Below, piece by piece: positions 57,935 to 64,000 of a stretch of DNA of 64,000 bases. Location of the stretch: the IMG/VR virus record IMGVR_UViG_3300028883_000006. One strand, written 5' to 3'. Both the position numbers and the translations under genes were made by a program. Numbering within the stretch: position 1 is the stretch's first letter; every line of letters starts with the position of its first letter. The notes under the pieces are model-generated. The model did not search any database and had not been told where the DNA came from. It saw nothing but the letters and a program-made list of their open reading frames with translations. This DNA comes from an uncultured virus (IMG/VR IMGVR_UViG_3300028883_000006). Its lineage: Duplodnaviria; Heunggongvirae; Uroviricota; Caudoviricetes.

Positions 57935-58291
57935 ATGAAAAAAGTAATGTTAATTATCACAGTTTTGTTTGCAGTGATGATATCGTCCTGCAACGAGGAA
58001 AAACCACTGAATGATAACAGCCTATACCGTTATCAAGTTGAAACTACCCTGGGATCACAAGTTGATGTGTACGCCCTGGTAGCACCTAATACAATCTTGG
58101 CTTATCTGGATCAGCCGACACCTTATGACCTGGAGGTTCAGTATGTGGACTGGAGGTTATATTTTAATTGTGACATAAAGGTTGAGGACACAATGATACT
58201 TAAGGTTTATAAGAATGATGTGCTTATAGACGAGAGACAAGTCCAGGGACCAGGACATATAGTATTTATGGAGGAAAGAAGCAAGTATTAA
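57935..58291 (+). CDS. Lipoprotein
   Basis: MKKVMLIITVLFAVMISS-C lipobox followed by NEEK. Confidence 0.7.
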   Translation: MKKVMLIITVLFAVMISSCNEEKPLNDNSLYRYQVETTLGSQVDVYALVAPNTILAYLDQPTPYDLEVQYVDWRLYFNCDIKVEDTMILKVYKNDVLIDERQVQGPGHIVFMEERSKY

Positions 58292-58307
58292 TGACCGGAA
58301 TACAAAT

Positions 58308-58712
58308 ATGAACTTCAAAGAAATAAGCAAGGACTGCCCGAAGGTCTATAACCTGTTGGCAGAATGGTTTGAGATGGTTGTAAGGGCAAAAACCAAAGAC
58401 AGCAGTATTCTTACTGAATTATTCTTTAAGAGGCTGGAGGTGGCTCAAATGGCAACCAGGACGCTATTTGATTTCTTTGACGAGCAGGGGATATATATTA
58501 TTATAGAACCAGAAATACAATATACAAGGGAAATAGACGAAGATGGCAATAATCCGCATTATGTGATAGACCGATGGGGATATGACATCCACGATGAAGC
58601 CTATCAGGTTGCAACGGGTTATCAATTTGATACCCGCACCGATGCAGAAGAAGCAGCCTTTACAAAAGCATTTTATGTACTTGAACGTAAAATCAACCGG
58701 AAGCCGGTGTAA
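58308..58712 (+). CDS. Hypothetical phage protein
   Basis: LFDFFDEQGIYI and TRTDAEEAAFTKAF patterns. Confidence 0.6.
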   Translation: MNFKEISKDCPKVYNLLAEWFEMVVRAKTKDSSILTELFFKRLEVAQMATRTLFDFFDEQGIYIIIEPEIQYTREIDEDGNNPHYVIDRWGYDIHDEAYQVATGYQFDTRTDAEEAAFTKAFYVLERKINRKPV

Positions 58713-58773
58713 ATGGTCTATGATTGTTCCAGACAGGAACATGATGGGGGGTTCGACTCCCCCTTCCGGCTCA
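58696..58773 (+). ncRNA. Degenerate tRNA-like element
   Basis: GGGGG-TTCGACT-CCCCC T-arm, TGTTC-CAGACAG-GAACA arm, CCGGAA/TTCCGG acceptor pairing; D-arm not canonical. Confidence 0.55.
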
Positions 58774-58792
58774 AGTGTAAATATAAACTGAA

Positions 58793-59140
58793 ATGAATTA
58801 CAGAGAATTAAATGGAGTAACAATACGTGAAGGATTTATGAGGTTTCATAAGGAAAACCCTCATGTCTATGAAGCATTTGAGAAACAGGTCTTAAGAGCA
58901 ATAGACAAAGGCAGGAATAAGATAAGTGCCAAGCTCATCATAAACTGGATAAGATGGAATGAGTACATAAAAACTGATGAATACTTCAGGATCAATGATG
59001 CTTACCAGTCTTATTATGCCCGTTTATTTGTTGAGAAACATCCTCAGTATGCCGATATCTTTGATTTTCGTAAACTAAGAAACGAGAAATACGGCCCATA
59101 CATGAATGTTAGTAGAGATGGACAGATATCATTTATGTAA
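58793..59140 (+). CDS. Conserved hypothetical phage protein
   Basis: FHKENPHVYEAF, SAKLIINWIRW, INDAYQSYYARLF. Confidence 0.65.
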   Translation: MNYRELNGVTIREGFMRFHKENPHVYEAFEKQVLRAIDKGRNKISAKLIINWIRWNEYIKTDEYFRINDAYQSYYARLFVEKHPQYADIFDFRKLRNEKYGPYMNVSRDGQISFM

Positions 59141-59162
59141 AGGATCTTAAAACTAAAGCATA

Positions 59163-59372
59163 ATGAAACCAGGTAAGTATATTTTTCAGGAGGAACCAGT
59201 AAAGCAAAACGAGTTTTTTTGCATGAAGCTGGTAGGGTTTATTATGAGAGACAAATGTTCATACCAGGAAACATTCGATAAAGCCAGGGGAGGGGATTGT
59301 CCCTATAAAGGGGAATGTGAAATATATAGAAGGACAGTAGCCAGGGTGGGTAATCAGTTAGCATTATTCTAA
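59163..59372 (+). CDS. Small Cys-rich protein
   Basis: 69 aa with four Cys; ends QLALF. Confidence 0.5.
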   Translation: MKPGKYIFQEEPVKQNEFFCMKLVGFIMRDKCSYQETFDKARGGDCPYKGECEIYRRTVARVGNQLALF

Positions 59373-59389
59373 CCAATAAATATATAGAG

Positions 59390-59983
59390 ATGAAAATATT
59401 TAGCAAGATTAACAAATGCAGGTGGGAGTTAGCCAAAAAGCTAAAAGACACACCTCACATAATAATAAGAATTACTACCAGGTGTAATTTAAAATGTTCT
59501 TACTGTTCTATCAGGACTGTATGTAAGATACCTTCTGATCTTAAGGAGCTACCGCCAGAATACTGGATCAAAGAAATGGATAAGTTTGATATTATTACTA
59601 TCAGTGGGGGAGATCCGTCTGTATATAGAGATGTTCATAAAATTATTAATGCCCTGGTAAAGAAAAAGAAACTTGTAAGAGTAGGGACAAATTTAGTTGA
59701 TATTACTGAATTTAAAAAAGTAATTCCTTCATGGCGTGTTTATTTCATGGCTACATTTCATCGTAGTGAGATGACCGTTAATCAAAGGTCGAGGTTTAAA
59801 GAAAACTATAAGGAAATGAGTAAGAAATATACTATTGTTTCTAAAGAAATGAGACATATAGGTGATAACACCCCGCCTTATTTTAATAAGAGTAAAATAT
59901 ACTGGCTGAAAGAAAGCAGAGAGGAATTGCCAACTCCGGGATATTTCCCCGATGGCAGCATAGAAGAAGGAGAGGCTTGTTAG
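59390..59983 (+). CDS. Short radical SAM protein
   Basis: CNLKCSYC and ITISGGDP. Confidence 0.85.
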   Translation: MKIFSKINKCRWELAKKLKDTPHIIIRITTRCNLKCSYCSIRTVCKIPSDLKELPPEYWIKEMDKFDIITISGGDPSVYRDVHKIINALVKKKKLVRVGTNLVDITEFKKVIPSWRVYFMATFHRSEMTVNQRSRFKENYKEMSKKYTIVSKEMRHIGDNTPPYFNKSKIYWLKESREELPTPGYFPDGSIEEGEAC

Positions 59984-60064
59984 ATGGAATTACTTATCCT
60001 CATAGCATTTTTAGGATTCATCGCTTGGTTTGTAGTAAAAATGGCAGGAAACGAAAAAAGATAA
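59984..60064 (+). CDS. 26-aa single-TM peptide
   Basis: MELLILIAFLGFIAWFVVKMAGNEKR; ATG directly after the radical SAM stop. Confidence 0.5.
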   Translation: MELLILIAFLGFIAWFVVKMAGNEKR

Positions 60065-60069
60065 AACTA

Positions 60070-60720
60070 ATGATAGCAATTATTACATATGACAGACCAC
60101 ATCGTAAGACTCAGGATTTATTAATCAGGCTTATAGACCATGAAGTGATAGTTATTGCTACGCCTTTTAAAAAGCGTACACAGCATCATTCACTTTATCA
60201 ACATCGCCCACCAATGGACACTGGCATATCAACAGAAAAGTTATGCAATAAATTTGGTTTTGATTATATTAATCATCTGCATCCGGCTGAATGGATCAGG
60301 AAGAATAACATAAGTTCAGCTATTATTGGTGGTGCTAATATTTTAGAGACAGATCAGGATTTAAAGATAATAAATTCACATCCGGGATATTTGCCTTATG
60401 GCCGGGGTCTTGATGCTTTAAAATGGTCTATTTATGAAGGATATCCAATAGGTGTAACCACCCACGTTATTAATGATGATATTGATTCTGGATACTTGAT
60501 AGAACAGAAAATTGTACCTGTAAGCTATTATGATACGTTTCATTCAGTTGCTTATCGTCAATATCAGATGGAGATAGATATGCTTATTAAAGCTATTGAT
60601 GCTCCGGTAGTTGAAAAAATACGTACAGACATAGGAGAAATTCATCATCGTATGCCCATGAAACTTGAGCCGATTATGATGGAACGATTTAACAGATTAA
60701 GACAGGTAAAATCAATCTAA
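60070..60720 (+). CDS. Formyltransferase (N10-formyl-THF-dependent fold)
   Basis: INSHPGYLP..RG, GVTTHVINDDIDSG. Confidence 0.85.
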   Translation: MIAIITYDRPHRKTQDLLIRLIDHEVIVIATPFKKRTQHHSLYQHRPPMDTGISTEKLCNKFGFDYINHLHPAEWIRKNNISSAIIGGANILETDQDLKIINSHPGYLPYGRGLDALKWSIYEGYPIGVTTHVINDDIDSGYLIEQKIVPVSYYDTFHSVAYRQYQMEIDMLIKAIDAPVVEKIRTDIGEIHHRMPMKLEPIMMERFNRLRQVKSI

Positions 60721-60734
60721 TAAACAATAGAGAG

Positions 60735-60953
60735 ATGAATTGGATAAATGTTAAAGACAAGTTACCCGATGAAGCAGGGGAAAAAACAAAAGACCCGAAT
60801 AAGGGATGGCTGGTTACTGACCACACAAGAAGGATAAGGATTGAAACAGTACATCCGTCTTATTGGAATAAAGTACAAAACGAAGGACCTGACGCATGGT
60901 GTATCTATGTATCCCATTGGATGCCTTTACCTGAATTGCCTAAAAACCAATAA
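60735..60953 (+). CDS. DUF551-like protein
   Basis: MNWINVKDKLP..VSHWMPLPELP. Confidence 0.8.
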   Translation: MNWINVKDKLPDEAGEKTKDPNKGWLVTDHTRRIRIETVHPSYWNKVQNEGPDAWCIYVSHWMPLPELPKNQ

Positions 60954-60962
60954 ACAATAGAG

Positions 60963-61166
60963 ATGAAAGCATACGCTAAAATAAAAGAAAAGGACAGCAA
61001 TGACGTATGGATTGAAGACTTAAATGTAACAAACATTGAAACGGCAGAAGAAGAAATAAAAGAAATGGTTAATTGGTTTAATAGCACATTAAAATATGGA
61101 GAGAAACCAAGAGAATTTGTTTCATTGACAACTGAAGATGAATTTAATAAATACGTTAACCAATAA
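60963..61166 (+). CDS. Hypothetical protein
   Basis: 67 aa between repeated junction motifs. Confidence 0.55.
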   Translation: MKAYAKIKEKDSNDVWIEDLNVTNIETAEEEIKEMVNWFNSTLKYGEKPREFVSLTTEDEFNKYVNQ

Positions 61167-61177
61167 ACAATAAAGCC

Positions 61178-61516
61178 ATGAATGAACAAAAGATATTAAT
61201 ACCGATAAAGGTAGGTGAGGAATTACCGAAAGAAGAGGGGGTTTATTTTATAGACCTTAATACTGACAAACCAGAGATGGTTAGTAAAGACGTCTCATGG
61301 TTTAGGCCAAATTATGATAATGAAGTATGGGAGGAAAATATAAGAGTTTGGTACAAACCAGTATCAATAGACGAACTGCTGCCGAGTAGGCAAGAGAAGA
61401 TTGACCATATAAAGCAACTAAAGCAGAGAGAATTTATGGATAAAGAAGATGTTATTCAGTTGTCAATAGCATGGGTAATCAACCACATTAAAAACAAATT
61501 AAATGGGACTGAATAA
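61178..61516 (+). CDS. Hypothetical protein
   Basis: 112 aa; ELPKEEGVY. Confidence 0.55.
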   Translation: MNEQKILIPIKVGEELPKEEGVYFIDLNTDKPEMVSKDVSWFRPNYDNEVWEENIRVWYKPVSIDELLPSRQEKIDHIKQLKQREFMDKEDVIQLSIAWVINHIKNKLNGTE

Positions 61517-62159
61517 ATCAAAAGGCAATATGTATGAGTTTGTCACTCATACCTGGAACACAATAAAAGGCAAGTGCCCGCATGATTGTAGTTATTGCTA
61601 CATGAAGCGGTGGGGAAAACTTAATCCGGTCCGATTTGACGAGAAAGAACTTAAAACAGACCTGGGGGAAGGCAACTTTATCTTTGTAGGATCAAGCTGT
61701 GATATGTGGGCGAATGATATTCCGGATGAATGGATCTTCAGAACGCTATGTCATGCAAATAAGTATGAAAAAAACAGTTACTTATTCCAGACAAAGAACC
61801 CTTATAATATCAGGCGAATATTAATTCCTGAATCTTATGTCTGTGTAACCCTTGAAACAAACAGGCATTATCCTGAAATAATGAATAATTGTCCTACACC
61901 TATGCAAAGGACAGAGCAAATGAAACTTATCAGGCATCCTCTATATATTACGATTGAGCCTGTAATTGATTTTGATTTGCCGGAGTTCATAGAAATGCTA
62001 AAAGCCTGTGATCCGGTCCAGGTTAATATCGGGGCTGACAGTGGTAACAACGGACTGCCAGAGCCTCCTATTGAAAAGGTAGAGGAATTGATTGCCGAGT
62101 TATCAAAGTTTACTACCATTCATCAAAAAAGGAACCTTAACAGATTAAAAGCAAAATAA
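61503..62159 (+). CDS. Gp37Gp68/DUF5131-like radical SAM-type protein
   Basis: THTWNTIKGKCPHDCSYCY, IFVGSSCD, FQTKNP, TIEP. Confidence 0.78.
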   Translation: MGLNKSKGNMYEFVTHTWNTIKGKCPHDCSYCYMKRWGKLNPVRFDEKELKTDLGEGNFIFVGSSCDMWANDIPDEWIFRTLCHANKYEKNSYLFQTKNPYNIRRILIPESYVCVTLETNRHYPEIMNNCPTPMQRTEQMKLIRHPLYITIEPVIDFDLPEFIEMLKACDPVQVNIGADSGNNGLPEPPIEKVEELIAELSKFTTIHQKRNLNRLKAK

Positions 62160-62305
62160 GAATGGCTGTAGGGTCCTTGTGGGGAGGAACAGATGATAGC
62201 TGCTGTATAACATTAAAACAAACACAACTTACTTTTCCCTAAATACGTCATGTTAATAGAGGTACGATTTTTGCACTATTATTCGGTTATTTCGATTTAG
62301 TTATA

Positions 62306-62313
62306 TAAATTTG
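62306..62313 (+). promoter_or_regulatory. Possible Bacteroidota -7 promoter box
   Basis: TAAATTTG in an AT-rich gap upstream of 62388. Confidence 0.4.
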
Positions 62314-62387
62314 AAAGCAACATTGTGTTCTGTTAATACTGTCTGTAAACAGTGTCTTTTTTAGTCTTTTTTAAACCTACTCTTAAA

Positions 62388-62654
62388 ATGTTTCATGAAT
62401 TTAATCAAGGATGTGAAAGAAATAGTGATATGAGTTATTCTGACCATGAATATTGTCAAATATTACAGGATATTGCTAAGGTATATTTTTCATCTGAAGA
62501 ATTTGCATCGGGTAATCAAAATCAGAGGGCAGAAGAAGTTGGAATGTTTATTGATATCTTTAAAATGGTAAAAGCAATGGTTAATAAACATATCGAAACG
62601 GAAAAACTTTGTGAATTAGTCGCTGAGTTCAGGAGAAATAAACAGTTGAGCTAA
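62388..62654 (+). CDS. AT-rich hypothetical protein (moron-like)
   Basis: Isolated ORF with its own upstream gap; converges on the tail gene. Confidence 0.5.
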   Translation: MFHEFNQGCERNSDMSYSDHEYCQILQDIAKVYFSSEEFASGNQNQRAEEVGMFIDIFKMVKAMVNKHIETEKLCELVAEFRRNKQLS

Positions 62655-62670
62655 TGATCAGGAGAATTGA

Positions 62671-64000
62671 CTACCTGAGTTTGCCTTCGTACTTTTCCTG
62701 GTAATCACATGCTACATGCGTAAAATGTGTTCCTGGGAATGATTTACCCCCAGCCATAAGAATAAAATACATATTACTGAACGTGGTCCTTCCAATTAAC
62801 AATCTTTTATTGGGAGGGAATACCCTGGAAGCATTAAGCAGATGCCAGGTGTATCCATCAGTGGATCCCCATAAGTATATAGAAAATACAGAGCTTTCTT
62901 CCTGTAGTACCCTTCCATGCATCAGCATCCTGTGTATCTTCTTGTACTGGTTCCTGGACAGCTTGATAGGTCTGGTTTCCAGATAAGCAGGAACACAAAC
63001 ACCTTCTTCTTCCTGTGATATATCAGCCTTCATATAATTACCCACATCCATGTAATATCCATAAGTCTCAGGATAGTCATGTATGAACACTGTATAGACA
63101 GTGCTGATCTTGTACCATACCTTATGTTTGAGTGAGAATACCCATGAGTAATTGTAAACACTATTAGACAATATTATTTCATTGTCCTCATGATTGTAAC
63201 CTATAATGGCCCCGGAGAAGTAGTTTCTGAAGCCTGTAGAGCAGATATAGTCTGAGATTGCGAGTGTGTTTACATCATTAGTCAATGTCTGATACATTAA
63301 TGCCCCTGTGAGGTTTGATTCGTGGTCCCCTTCAGCCGATTCACCTATCTCGAAGGGATCAGGACCAGAGATAACAATGAGTCCGTCAGAGGTGCTAAAA
63401 ACAGCCCCTCCATCAATCGGTGTAATAGAGTCTGCATTGTTACATACATGACGAGAAAGGGGAACAATATTTGAAATAAGAATATCTCCTTGTCCGATAT
63501 TCATAGTCCATATTCCTTCCTGGGTGAAACAGAATAATGGATATTCACCAAACTGTCCCTGTGATAATGCTATTGCGTTGGTTGCAAAGCCTACAATGGT
63601 TCTGTTGCTTACCCTATAGCTGTTCTCTGCTGCAAAATAGAAGGGATTATTAAGCTCACAAGCCTGTACTCTGTTCTCATCGACATAATACTGATCAGTC
63701 GTAGTCATTGTATGGACCGTTTCTGTTCCTGCGTACTCATGTGAGCCACCATCCCCCCAGGAATAGTTAAGAAATTCATGTGCTTTCAATTCTATCTCAG
63801 CCATTATATAATTTGTCCCTGAGAGTTTCATTATTATTCTCATCTTGGTTGCTCTGCGGTCAGGATAACCAATATAGTTCACCCATTCAAACTCAGGCTT
63901 TGTAGCCCCTGAATTATAATAGTTAAATTCTTCCCATCCTGAAAAGATAGTCTTTGTCCCTTCAGGAGTAGTAATATCAACTTCAATACCTACATCGTAT
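62671..64000 (-). CDS. Tail nozzle/stabilisation-like protein (5'-truncated)
   Basis: Frame is open to the window edge; ELNNPFYF, ALSQGQFGEYPLFCFT and LETRPIKL motifs, as recalled from Bacteroidota podophage tail proteins. Confidence 0.65.
   Translation of the reverse strand, partial: YDVGIEVDITTPEGTKTIFSGWEEFNYYNSGATKPEFEWVNYIGYPDRRATKMRIIMKLSGTNYIMAEIELKAHEFLNYSWGDGGSHEYAGTETVHTMTTTDQYYVDENRVQACELNNPFYFAAENSYRVSNRTIVGFATNAIALSQGQFGEYPLFCFTQEGIWTMNIGQGDILISNIVPLSRHVCNNADSITPIDGGAVFSTSDGLIVISGPDPFEIGESAEGDHESNLTGALMYQTLTNDVNTLAISDYICSTGFRNYFSGAIIGYNHEDNEIILSNSVYNYSWVFSLKHKVWYKISTVYTVFIHDYPETYGYYMDVGNYMKADISQEEEGVCVPAYLETRPIKLSRNQYKKIHRMLMHGRVLQEESSVFSIYLWGSTDGYTWHLLNASRVFPPNKRLLIGRTTFSNMYFILMAGGKSFPGTHFTHVACDYQEKYEGKLR

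Noticed and set aside
59977..60069. N-terminal extension of the formyltransferase given in the ORF track
   Set aside because: ATG at 60070 fits the fold better and the gap holds a separate TM micro-ORF
1..64000. CRISPR array, IS transposase or rRNA
   Set aside because: No regularly spaced repeat-spacer array, transposase motif or rRNA-like sequence seen
1..64000. crAss-like phage or stop-codon reassignment
   Set aside because: Long intact ORFs in code 11 end in TAA, TAG and TGA; no RNA polymerase motifs in the giant protein; lambdoid-style integrase/CI/initiator modules are present

Overview
The whole window is a segment of a temperate tailed (probably podovirus-like) phage of a Bacteroidota host, read in standard code 11, with no host chromosomal genes. 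Host evidence: TAnnTTTG promoters, signal peptides followed by Gln, and an attP matching a Bacteroidota-type tRNA-Met. From left to right: a 6069-aa polyvalent (DarB-like) protein; a P22-like portal; a cluster of signal-peptide-bearing fibre/glycan-binding/PL9-like genes; a reverse-strand operon with the large terminase, SSB, a HAD phosphatase, an HNH-like gene and a 200-nt structured intergenic RNA candidate; scaffold, major capsid, adaptor, Ig-repeat and lysis genes; an intact attP beside a tyrosine integrase; a CI/Cro switch; RecT/YqaJ recombination genes; an initiator with ori iterons plus DnaB; an accessory region (radical SAM, formyltransferase, tRNA-like element); and a truncated reverse-strand tail protein. 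Best leads: (1) export or membrane signals on the capsid and fibre-like proteins, (2) the multibranch ncRNA at 29521-29720, (3) a 38-bp inverted-repeat element present at three loci, (4) a possible single-chain spanin ending in a beta-signal. All protein calls come from motif recognition by eye, not from database searches.
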